Shown piece after piece: positions 1 through 7,410 of a stretch of DNA of 64,000 nt (its first letter is position 1; each line of letters starts with the position of its first letter). The position numbers were made by a program, and so were the translations under genes. Under the pieces are notes generated by a model. The model searched no databases, was not told where the DNA came from, and saw only the letters and a list, made by a program, of their open reading frames with translations. The DNA is taken from positions 1-64,000 of the IMG/VR virus record IMGVR_UViG_3300015214_000004, one strand, 5' to 3'. The stretch is from a virus. Taxonomy: Duplodnaviria; Caudoviricetes.

Positions 1-43
1 CATTTTTGATGCAAATTTCTTCACTCACCAATTACCAACAGCG

Positions 44-235
44 ATGAGAACTTTACAGGAAAAAAATCCTGAATGGTTTCAAAATGGTGTAAATATCATA
101 AACGATATTAAACGCACTAATAATACTAATGACTTTTCTCAATTGATGGAACTTATTGATAAAGGTTTTCCAACTTATCAAATAGAGCTTGGAAAAATTG
201 ATGCAAAGATTGACTTTATGGCAGGGCTTGTTTAA
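44..235 (+). CDS. Hypothetical cassette-borne protein, possibly 5'-truncated by the window edge
   Basis: ORF stops a few nt before the core site GCATAAC (242-248) of attC-like site A. Confidence 0.5.
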   Translation: MRTLQEKNPEWFQNGVNIINDIKRTNNTNDFSQLMELIDKGFPTYQIELGKIDAKIDFMAGLV

Positions 236-241
236 GCTGTT

Positions 242-373
242 GCATAACGTTACGCAGGTATGGTTAGTTTGCCATACAAAGTACAAATGATTATTAACAG
301 ATAAAATTAAATAAAATGAGTAAACTTGGATTAAACGCAGAAAACGGCAAATTAACTATACCTGATGTTATAA
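242..373. other. attC-like hairpin site A
   Basis: Left arm GCATAAC-GTTACG-CAGGTATGGTTAGTTTGCC (242-273) pairs with right arm GGCAAATTAACTATACCTG-AT-GTTATAA (346-373), with two G.T wobbles and a 72-nt loop. Confidence 0.8.
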
Positions 374-531
374 GCCGTTTATTGGCAATGAAAAATGGTG
401 AAGACTTGCCAGAATTTGACCCTAGTCAAGCAGGTGATACAACCTACTGTGTTGAATGGGGTATCAAAAAAGGTGAATGGATTACTGATGGAATTATTGA
501 TAGGTATATCGAAGAGCTAAATGGCTTATAA
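316..531 (+). CDS. Hypothetical protein of cassette 1 (367-532)
   Basis: ATG lies in the loop of site A and the stop TAA lies inside the core TTATAAC. Cassette ends GTTATAAGCC and GGCTTATAAC are perfect reverse complements. An internal Met start is also possible. Confidence 0.6.
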   Translation: MSKLGLNAENGKLTIPDVISRLLAMKNGEDLPEFDPSQAGDTTYCVEWGIKKGEWITDGIIDRYIEELNGL

Positions 532-1367
532 CGGATACGTGTAGAAGCAGTACGGCGCAAAGCACAAAAGTTGATTAAATGAACAAAAGTAATTTTTTAA
601 AAAGCCTAACGAAATGCCTAAAAAGAGAATTTTAATAGGATGTGAATTTTCTCAAATTGTAACATCGGCTTTTATTGAAAAAGGATATGATGCTTATTCA
701 TGTGACATATTACCATGCGAGGGTAAATATCCTGAAAAACATTTAAGAATGGATATTCACAAAGCTATTGATTTTATTGGATGGGATTTTATTGGACTAC
801 ATCCGCCATGTACTAAAATTACTCTCTCCGGAAATAGGCATTATGCAGAAGGTAAACCAAGACATAATGAAAGAAAAGAAGCTATTGAATGGACCATTGA
901 CTTATGGAACCACGCTTGTATGAAAGCAAGCAAAGTATATATGGAAAATCCTTTAGGTGCAATGAATAATGATGACAGATTGCCTAAGCCTCAAATTATA
1001 CAACCTTATTATTTTGGTGATAATATTCCAAAAAAAACATGTTTATGGTTGAAAAATTTGAATTATTTGATATGGTCTGATTACAATACATTATTTGAGG
1101 CAAAAACAAGTGTAGAACCGGAATATGTAATTTATAATTCGAAGAAAAACAAGAACGGTAAAAGTAAATATTCTGTTTTTGGAAAATTGGGCAAAGGACA
1201 CGGGCATGAAAGATCGGTGTTTTTTCCTGGAGTTGCAAAAGCAATGGCCGAACAATGGGGTTTTGATTTATATAACGATATGTCAATGGCTTTTTTAAAA
1301 AATGGCGAAAACCTACAAACCAAAATCGAAGCACATGAATAGTATTGCTTTTACACGGTGTTGTATG
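523..1367. other. attC-like site B with a gene in its 788-nt loop
   Basis: Left arm TAAC-GGATA-CGTGTAGAAGCAGTAC (529-553) pairs with right arm GTATTGCTTTTACACG-GT-GTTG (1342-1363). Confidence 0.75.
614..1342 (+). CDS. Small phage-type DNA cytosine-C5 methyltransferase
   Basis: N-terminal SAM-binding variant IGCEFSQ..AYSCD, catalytic HPPC, ENP motif and C-terminal AKAMAEQWG. Confidence 0.75.
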   Translation: MPKKRILIGCEFSQIVTSAFIEKGYDAYSCDILPCEGKYPEKHLRMDIHKAIDFIGWDFIGLHPPCTKITLSGNRHYAEGKPRHNERKEAIEWTIDLWNHACMKASKVYMENPLGAMNNDDRLPKPQIIQPYYFGDNIPKKTCLWLKNLNYLIWSDYNTLFEAKTSVEPEYVIYNSKKNKNGKSKYSVFGKLGKGHGHERSVFFPGVAKAMAEQWGFDLYNDMSMAFLKNGENLQTKIEAHE

Positions 1368-1439
1368 GCGAAGCGAACAGTTGCGCCGGACTGTTGGCTT
1401 CAGATTAAAGAAAAGATTTCCGGCGCAATTGCATACAAC
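1360..1439. mobile_element. 80-bp ORF-less cassette 2
   Basis: Ends GTTGTATG and CATACAAC are complementary. Internal inverted repeat TTGCGCCGGA (1381-1390) / TCCGGCGCAA (1419-1428). Confidence 0.7.
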
Positions 1440-1532
1440 GGCTGGCGGTATGGTTATGTAAGCCCTACCACATCGCTATCCAATTACAATAAAACTTTAT
1501 AGGGCTTATTAACTATACCGCTTGTTAGCGTT
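1431..1532. other. attC-like hairpin site C
   Basis: CAAC-GGCTG-GCGGTATGGTTA-TG-TAAGCCC pairs with GGGCTTA-T-TAACTATACCGC-TT-GTTA; loop about 34 nt. Confidence 0.8.
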
Positions 1533-1569
1533 TCGTTTTTGAGCGTTGGCGGTACAAAACTTAAATAAA

Positions 1570-1851
1570 ATGAATAATATTTTAGATGAAATTAATGACA
1601 ATTTGCTTGAAAAAGCAATTTATGACGAAACCGATAATGAGTTTAAAAATGGTAAGGTTTTATTTTCAGATATCGTAAATGAATTAGATAAACACAGGGT
1701 GAATAACACCTATGAAAATGCGGTTAAACCATTAATGAAATGGTTGGCTGAAAATTGTCATCCACATACAAAAGCAATAGTTGAAAGTAATCTCTCTGAA
1801 TTAGTTGAAGGAGTTAAATCTTTTAATACAGATGAATTTTTGGTTGATTGA
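1570..1851 (+). CDS. Hypothetical protein of cassette 3 (1524-1873)
   Basis: ATG at 1570 after an A-rich leader. Cassette ends are GTTAGCGTT / AACGCTAAC. The ORF is flanked by direct repeat TTGAGCGTTGGC (1539-1550, 1848-1859). Confidence 0.7.
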   Translation: MNNILDEINDNLLEKAIYDETDNEFKNGKVLFSDIVNELDKHRVNNTYENAVKPLMKWLAENCHPHTKAIVESNLSELVEGVKSFNTDEFLVD

Positions 1852-1863
1852 GCGTTGGCAAAT

Positions 1864-1962
1864 GAACGCTAACGGTCGAGTGTATGAGAAGGTTTGCTTA
1901 GATGAACTTTCAAATTACCACAAATGCTGATAGCAAACTTTCTTATACACCTTGTTATAAAC
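1864..1962. other. attC-like hairpin site D
   Basis: TAAC-GGTCGA-GTGTATGAGAAGGTTTGC pairs with GCAAACTTTCTTATACAC-CTT-GTTA as an 18-bp stem with two G.T wobbles; 35-nt loop. Confidence 0.8.
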
Positions 1963-2123
1963 TGTATTGGCGATTATGTATACGAGGTGAAAAGTATCAT
2001 AAGCCTATTGTGAATAGAGCAACCTCACGCCCTAACCACTATGGCAGCATACACAATAAGACTGAGAATAGCTTAGGAAACGCAGAAGTGTTCCACGATA
2101 CGGCAGCCAATATGGTTTATAAC
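1954..2123 (+). ncRNA. Cassette 4, candidate structured ncRNA cargo
   Basis: Ends are GTTATAAAC / GTTTATAAC. Nested stems TATTGGC/GCCAATA, TATTGTG/CACAATA and CTGAG/CTTAG, plus a possible GAGGT/ACCTC pseudoknot. Confidence 0.4.
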
Positions 2124-2570
2124 GGTCAGCAATATGCTGTCGTGGCATGAATTACGTACTAACTTTGATACGAAGAACAAATAAAATTAATTTATGAAAA
2201 GAAAATATAATAAAAAAATAAAGTGGGTGTATATGATTGTTCTTGTCTTATTAAATATATTAATTGTAATGTTATACAATGCTATTAATTTAATAGATTG
2301 GCCTTTTAATAGTTTATATATAAAAATTATTCTACATATAGTAATATGCTGGATTATTTTTTTATTATATATAGACAGGGATTCATCGATTAATTATGAT
2401 CATAAAGGACAATTCTTAACTAAAGAATTAATAGATGAATATAGAAAACAAAATGAAATGGATAATGAAAGCTGTTTTGATCAATGTAATTAATTTCATT
2501 TAATGAATAACACAGACGTTCAATCGAAGCCACTACCAAGCCATGCAGTATATTGCATGTTGTGGTGGCG
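2114..2570. other. attC-like site E with a gene in its 393-nt loop
   Basis: TAAC-GGTCA-GCAATATGCTGTCGTGGC (2120-2146) pairs with GCCATGCAGTATATTGC-AT-GTTG (2540-2562). Confidence 0.75.
2194..2493 (+). CDS. Small membrane protein (two predicted TM helices) in the loop of site E
   Basis: Basic N-terminus followed by two hydrophobic stretches. Flanked by direct repeat AATTAATTT (2185-2193, 2488-2496). Confidence 0.6.
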   Translation: MKRKYNKKIKWVYMIVLVLLNILIVMLYNAINLIDWPFNSLYIKIILHIVICWIIFLLYIDRDSSINYDHKGQFLTKELIDEYRKQNEMDNESCFDQCN

Positions 2571-2618
2571 AAGCGAACGTTTTAATGCACTACAACTATT
2601 ATATGTAATTTACATTTG
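2559..2618. promoter_or_regulatory. 38-bp mini-cassette, attI-like site and integrase promoter box
   Basis: GTTGTGGTGG..GCACTACAAC (2559-2596), then TA-TTATATGTA, near-palindrome ATGTAATTTACAT and TACATTTG (2611-2618, TAnnTTTG box). Confidence 0.6.
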
Positions 2619-2647
2619 AAATGTATTAATATATAAATAATTATGAT

Positions 2648-3481
2648 ATGAACATCGGAAAATACACATCACAACTTTCCGAATATATGGAATATAAGAA
2701 ATATGCTGTAAATAGCATTGAAAATTATATTTCGTCATTAAAAATATTTTTAGAATACTTTAATGTGAAAGCCACAAAACCAAGTGAAATATCAAAAAAT
2801 GATATTATATCATTTCTAAAGGAAATAAAATCAGTTAATACTCATAAAGCATATTTATGTGCTATTAAGTTATTTTATACTAAAATTATTAACCAACCTG
2901 AAAAATGCGCTAAAATAGAACAACCAAGAAGTAACAAAAAATTACCAATCGTCCTTACACAAGAAGAAGTTCAACGTATGTTTAATGTCTGTAATAATTT
3001 AAAACATAAGGTAATATTGAGTTTATTATATGGTTGTGGTTTAAGGGTATCCGAATTGATTAATATACAATGGTCTAACATTGACAGGTCTGCAATGATA
3101 TTGAACGTAATATCTGGAAAAGGGAAAAAAGACAGGCAAGTTGATTTACCGGATAATATTATACCATTACTTGAAAAATATTATCGTGAATACAGGTGTA
3201 AGCCATTTATATTGTCAGGGCAACTTAAAAACAAATATACGCAAGGAAGTATTCTAAAGGTTGTTAAGAAATATGCTGATTTAGCTGGCATATCAAAAAG
3301 AACATATACACACCTTATGAGGCATTGCTCATTTACGCACATGGCAGAAAACGGAGTTGATTTAGGATATATCCAGAGATCGGCAGGGCATGAAAGCCCA
3401 ATAACTACAACAAGATATATACATATGAGCCATAACCTTGTAAAAATGGCAAAATCACCATTAAACAATATAAAATTATAA
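2648..3481 (+). CDS. Tyrosine recombinase, integron-integrase-like but lacking the IntI-specific insertion
   Basis: Motifs KKLPIVLTQEEV, LLYGCGLRVSE, GKGKKDR, HLMRH, AGHES..TTRY and C-terminal KSPL. About 65 aa separate GKG from HxxR. Confidence 0.9.
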   Translation: MNIGKYTSQLSEYMEYKKYAVNSIENYISSLKIFLEYFNVKATKPSEISKNDIISFLKEIKSVNTHKAYLCAIKLFYTKIINQPEKCAKIEQPRSNKKLPIVLTQEEVQRMFNVCNNLKHKVILSLLYGCGLRVSELINIQWSNIDRSAMILNVISGKGKKDRQVDLPDNIIPLLEKYYREYRCKPFILSGQLKNKYTQGSILKVVKKYADLAGISKRTYTHLMRHCSFTHMAENGVDLGYIQRSAGHESPITTTRYIHMSHNLVKMAKSPLNNIKL

Positions 3482-3485
3482 TAAT

Positions 3486-3821
3486 ATGGAAATAGGATTA
3501 ATAGAATTAGAAATATCAAAAAATGAACATGACGGTTCACTTGCAGAGAAGATATTAAAAGCAAGGAGGTGGAAAGAAGAAAGGATTGGTTTTATTCAGG
3601 ACTGTTTAAAATACAATGTAATGACGCCAAAACAATTTTGTGACCTTACAGGCATGGTAGAATCAAATGTTACATATCTGTTAAAGCCGAACAATAAAAA
3701 AGGTTGTTTAGATACGGAGCTTGACCATTGTTATCCGTTCAGGAACAGGAAAACACCTGGTCCCCGGTTTATTGTAATTAATGAAAAGTGTATTGAATAT
3801 TTAATCAAGAAAAACAAATAG
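3486..3821 (+). CDS. Hypothetical protein, possible HTH DNA-binding domain
   Basis: MTPKQFCDLTGMVESNVTYLL is HTH-like; operon-coupled to the integrase. Confidence 0.4.
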   Translation: MEIGLIELEISKNEHDGSLAEKILKARRWKEERIGFIQDCLKYNVMTPKQFCDLTGMVESNVTYLLKPNNKKGCLDTELDHCYPFRNRKTPGPRFIVINEKCIEYLIKKNK

Positions 3822-3823
3822 TC

Positions 3824-4315
3824 ATGTACAACTCGCACATACATCATATTATTAAAATGTATCTCGAATCAAAATTTTATAAAAAATCAAAAGTCATGAA
3901 AATAACAGAAGAAACAAAGATTAAAGAACTTATCCCGGAAGGATGGAAATTAGATTCAACAATAAGAACAACAGACTCCATTAGAGACGAAGGAGAAAGT
4001 ATTCAATGTATTAAAATAGTTACTATTCCTATAAAAAAGAAACAAGAAAAAGACTTTGAGTGGTATGTGAATGAATACTATAAAAAGAACATTTGTTTAG
4101 GACGATTAAATCAGGAAAAAGATACAATTCCATCTAAAGATTGGATGGATTGGAAATTTGAATACCGCATAGGGCTGTTTAAGTTTATTTGTGATGATTT
4201 AAATTTATCTGGATATGGATATTGGAAATTATTAGACTCGATGTGTTTTGGGACGCCTGTGAAAAAAATAATGTCAATTTGTCCCATAGCATTCATTCAT
4301 TCACTATTAAAATAA
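3824..4315 (+). CDS. Hypothetical protein
   Basis: Operonic ORF with no recognised motif. Confidence 0.5.
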   Translation: MYNSHIHHIIKMYLESKFYKKSKVMKITEETKIKELIPEGWKLDSTIRTTDSIRDEGESIQCIKIVTIPIKKKQEKDFEWYVNEYYKKNICLGRLNQEKDTIPSKDWMDWKFEYRIGLFKFICDDLNLSGYGYWKLLDSMCFGTPVKKIMSICPIAFIHSLLK

Positions 4316-4321
4316 AATATT

Positions 4322-4606
4322 ATGAAAGAACATATTGACATCACAAAGGAAATTTTATCCCACAAAGAATCATTAATACAAGGTTTAGGTAAAATGTATT
4401 ACGAAGAAAAGATACATGAGGCAAAGTGGTATCTTTTAAAAATGAAAAGAGAATTAAACCACACAGATGATTTTACATACGTTGTTTATGAAAAAATAAA
4501 CTGGAACAATGAAAACTACAATAATTTATTAAAAGAAGAACTTCCAATAGAAAACATGTTATGGTTAATTGCAGGAATTGAGCTTGATAATGAAATTAAC
4601 AAATAG
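4322..4606 (+). CDS. Hypothetical protein
   Basis: Operonic ORF. Confidence 0.5.
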   Translation: MKEHIDITKEILSHKESLIQGLGKMYYEEKIHEAKWYLLKMKRELNHTDDFTYVVYEKINWNNENYNNLLKEELPIENMLWLIAGIELDNEINK

Positions 4607-4615
4607 GAAAAATGT

Positions 4616-5299
4616 ATGGATGAAAAGGATTTAATGATGGAATGGTTTAATTTCTGTTACAAGAATAATTTAAAAATAAGCCCTATTCATACGGCTTTAT
4701 ATTCGTTTTGTCATGCAACATATAAAAAATCGAATACCAGTGCATTTAGATTGGATACAAATTTGGCAATGCTGACATTAGGGATTAAAAACTATAAGAC
4801 ATTTAAAAAAGCGTTTGATGAATTGGTTTCGTTTAATAAAATATTTCTAATAGAAAAGCAAAAAAACCAATTTTCATCTAATATAATTGCTTTGGTAAAA
4901 AACGGCAAAGCAACTGGCAAAGCAATTGGCAAAGCAAAAAAAGAAGAAAAAGCGCAACGAATTAAAACAGTGTCAGTTAACAATAAATATTATTCATCAT
5001 TTTACGAATTTTGGAATTTGTACAATGGCATAAAAAGACAATGTAAAACAGAGTACGAATATCTAAAGAAAACGCATAATGATTGGAAAATATTCATTCC
5101 TGAATTAAAGGACAAATTCAAGGCGCATTTAAGGAACAATTCTGAAAAAAGGCAAAGAGGGGAGTTTGTCCCGGAGCCAAAGAGCATGAAAAACTACCTT
5201 ACAGACCGGTGTTGGGAGGAAATACAAGATGTTCCTTTAAGCAATGAAACAACAAGCGCTACATTTAGAAGGTTGGATTTAGATGATAATATTGAATAA
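4616..5299 (+). CDS. Phage replication initiator / replisome organizer
   Basis: N-terminal WFNFC..KISPIHTALY resembles Bacteroidota phage initiators. It has internal iteron-like repeats and lies directly upstream of dnaB, as in the lambda O/P arrangement. Confidence 0.7.
   Translation: MDEKDLMMEWFNFCYKNNLKISPIHTALYSFCHATYKKSNTSAFRLDTNLAMLTLGIKNYKTFKKAFDELVSFNKIFLIEKQKNQFSSNIIALVKNGKATGKAIGKAKKEEKAQRIKTVSVNNKYYSSFYEFWNLYNGIKRQCKTEYEYLKKTHNDWKIFIPELKDKFKAHLRNNSEKRQRGEFVPEPKSMKNYLTDRCWEEIQDVPLSNETTSATFRRLDLDDNIE
4887..4936. repeat. Iteron-like repeats, putative origin inside the initiator gene
   Basis: TGCTTTG-N11-CAAAGCA inverted pair, plus GGCAAAGCA at 4904, 4916 and 4928 (12-bp period). Confidence 0.65.
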
Positions 5300-6738
5300 T
5301 GGCAAAGAAAACAAACATATCGGAAATAACAGATTTTGGGAAAATTCCACCGCAGTGCATTGAAATAGAAGAAAGTTTTTTAGGTATTTTAATGGATTCG
5401 TGTGAAGTTTGGTATGATGTAAATTTAATAGTAAAGCCAGAATCATTTTATAATGATTCGCATCAGAAAATTTACGATTCGTTTACAAAGGTTATGATTG
5501 AAAGTAAAAAGTGTGATTTATTAATGCTTACTGAAAGGTTAAGGAGAGATAAAATACTTGACGAAGTTGGAGGTCCATTTTATGTTACACAATTATTGGG
5601 AAAGTCAAAATCGCAATCATACGCAGTTGATTATGCTATGATAATAAGAGATAAGTATATAAAAAGGGAACTTATAAGATATTCGAATGATATTATAACG
5701 ATGGCGTTTGATGATTCATCAAATACAAATGATTTGGTAGAATATGCTGAATCGGGTATATTTTCGATTACAAAACAAGAATCGACAAAAGAGGCAAAAC
5801 ATTTAAAAGAGCATATAAAAGAGAACATAAAAGAGATCAAGAAAGCTGTAAATAGTGAAAAGCATGTGATGGGAATACCTTCGGGTCTAAAAAAACTTGA
5901 CCGTATAACCAATGGTTGGAAAAAAGGGACATTTATATTAATAGCGGCAAGGCCAGGTATTGGTAAAAGTAGTTATATGTTGATGTTTGCAAAATCAGCC
6001 GCATTGCATGGGTATAAACCGGCTGTATTTTCTCTTGAAATGCCTGGAGATGAATTATCAATGAGATTATTGAGCACGGAAGTAAATATATCCCCTATTA
6101 TACTAAACTCAGGAAGGTTTCATAAGGATAAAATTGGTTTTATTGAAAGAAAAGCAAGTGAATTGTATTCAGTAGATATTTATATAGACGATACTCCGGG
6201 CTTAAATATTATAAATTTACGATCTAAAATAAAAAGGCTTATTCTTAAATATGGCATAGGTATTATATTTATTGATTATGTGCAATTAATGAAAGTGTTG
6301 TTAAAATATAGCAATTATAACAGGGGCGATGAAATAAGTGAAATAAGCAGGGAGTTAAAACTAATATCAAAAGAGCATGATATGCCTGTTGTAGCCCTTT
6401 CTCAGTTAAACAGATCAATTGAACTACGTTCAGGTGAAAAAAGGCCGCAATTATCCGACCTAAAACAAAGCGGTTCTTTAGAAGAAGATACGGATATGGT
6501 AATATTTATACATAGGCCGGAACTATATAATATAAAGACATATCAAGACGGCACGGATACACAAGGCACTACAAACCTAATAATAGCAAAACATAGAGGT
6601 GGGGCTATTGGTGATATTATTGTTTACAATAATGAATCAATGACAAAGATTGCCGACAACAAAGAAGAATTGGATATGCTAAATACAGGCCAACAGCCTA
6701 TATTATTCGATGCAGAAGATGAAAGTTTACCATTTTAA
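5299..6738 (+). CDS. dnaB: Replicative DNA helicase
   Basis: KIPPQCIEIE N-terminus, Walker A AARPGIGKS, FSLEM, IFIDYVQL, ALSQLNRSIE..RPQLSDLKQSGSLEED. Confidence 0.97.
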   Translation: MAKKTNISEITDFGKIPPQCIEIEESFLGILMDSCEVWYDVNLIVKPESFYNDSHQKIYDSFTKVMIESKKCDLLMLTERLRRDKILDEVGGPFYVTQLLGKSKSQSYAVDYAMIIRDKYIKRELIRYSNDIITMAFDDSSNTNDLVEYAESGIFSITKQESTKEAKHLKEHIKENIKEIKKAVNSEKHVMGIPSGLKKLDRITNGWKKGTFILIAARPGIGKSSYMLMFAKSAALHGYKPAVFSLEMPGDELSMRLLSTEVNISPIILNSGRFHKDKIGFIERKASELYSVDIYIDDTPGLNIINLRSKIKRLILKYGIGIIFIDYVQLMKVLLKYSNYNRGDEISEISRELKLISKEHDMPVVALSQLNRSIELRSGEKRPQLSDLKQSGSLEEDTDMVIFIHRPELYNIKTYQDGTDTQGTTNLIIAKHRGGAIGDIIVYNNESMTKIADNKEELDMLNTGQQPILFDAEDESLPF

Positions 6739-6749
6739 AATTAAATATT

Positions 6750-7016
6750 ATGAAAGACGAAAAACAAAAATTAGGACATGAACCGGCGTTCCCAGATGCA
6801 TTACTTGAATTTGATGAAGATAATAATGCAAATGTGAAAGAACATCACGCAGGCATGTCAAAACGGTTTTATGCTGCTTGTGCGGCTATGCAAGGAATAT
6901 GCGTTAATGCTGGTAGAAATGGAAAAACATTTGGTAATCCTTTTGAAATAGTAAGAACCGCTTATTCTATTGCAGATGAACTACTAAAACAAGAAAATGG
7001 AACAACAGATAAATAA
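6750..7016 (+). CDS. Small conserved phage protein
   Basis: EPAFP..GMSKRFYAACAAMQG..AYSIADELL resembles a common phage motif. Confidence 0.55.
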   Translation: MKDEKQKLGHEPAFPDALLEFDEDNNANVKEHHAGMSKRFYAACAAMQGICVNAGRNGKTFGNPFEIVRTAYSIADELLKQENGTTDK

Positions 7017-7410
7017 CTACTCAGCAGCAAGGACATTGGATTGGTTTTACACAAATTACGTAGAACCGATACATGAACGTATCAAATCGGCCAATGAACT
7101 GTTAAAGCCTGGGAACCCGCAGAATAAAATGACAGCGACAGAGCAGGAAAAGGCAGAGAAAGCACTTGAATCGTTGAGAAAAAAAAGTGTTGACTACGGT
7201 CATTTACATGCAAATATGAAAACCTTGATAACACAGCATGAAGGGCTTGTAAGCAAATTATGCGACATGTACTATCAATGGAAGGAAAATATATCCTATG
7301 AAGGGAGACAGCCTGTTGAGATGATGCAGTCACAGGCAGATATGTTGACCGGTATATTTACTGAATTGGGAAAGATATTGGAACCTTTAAAATTGGAAGA
7401 AAATGAATAA
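6997..7410 (+). CDS. Hypothetical coiled-coil protein
   Basis: Operonic ORF with overlapping stop/start codons. Confidence 0.5.
   Translation: MEQQINNYSAARTLDWFYTNYVEPIHERIKSANELLKPGNPQNKMTATEQEKAEKALESLRKKSVDYGHLHANMKTLITQHEGLVSKLCDMYYQWKENISYEGRQPVEMMQSQADMLTGIFTELGKILEPLKLEENE

Noticed and set aside
242-2596. Array as a CRISPR locus or as an invertible shufflon
   Set aside because: The repeats are degenerate hairpins with segments of 29-790 nt, and there are no cas genes nearby. All ORFs share one orientation, which random inversion would not give.
2648-3481. Integrase as an ordinary prophage integrase with attP
   Set aside because: It lacks an arm-binding N-terminal domain, has IntI-like motifs and abuts the cassette array; no attL/attR or host DNA is visible. 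A chromosomal integration role is not excluded.
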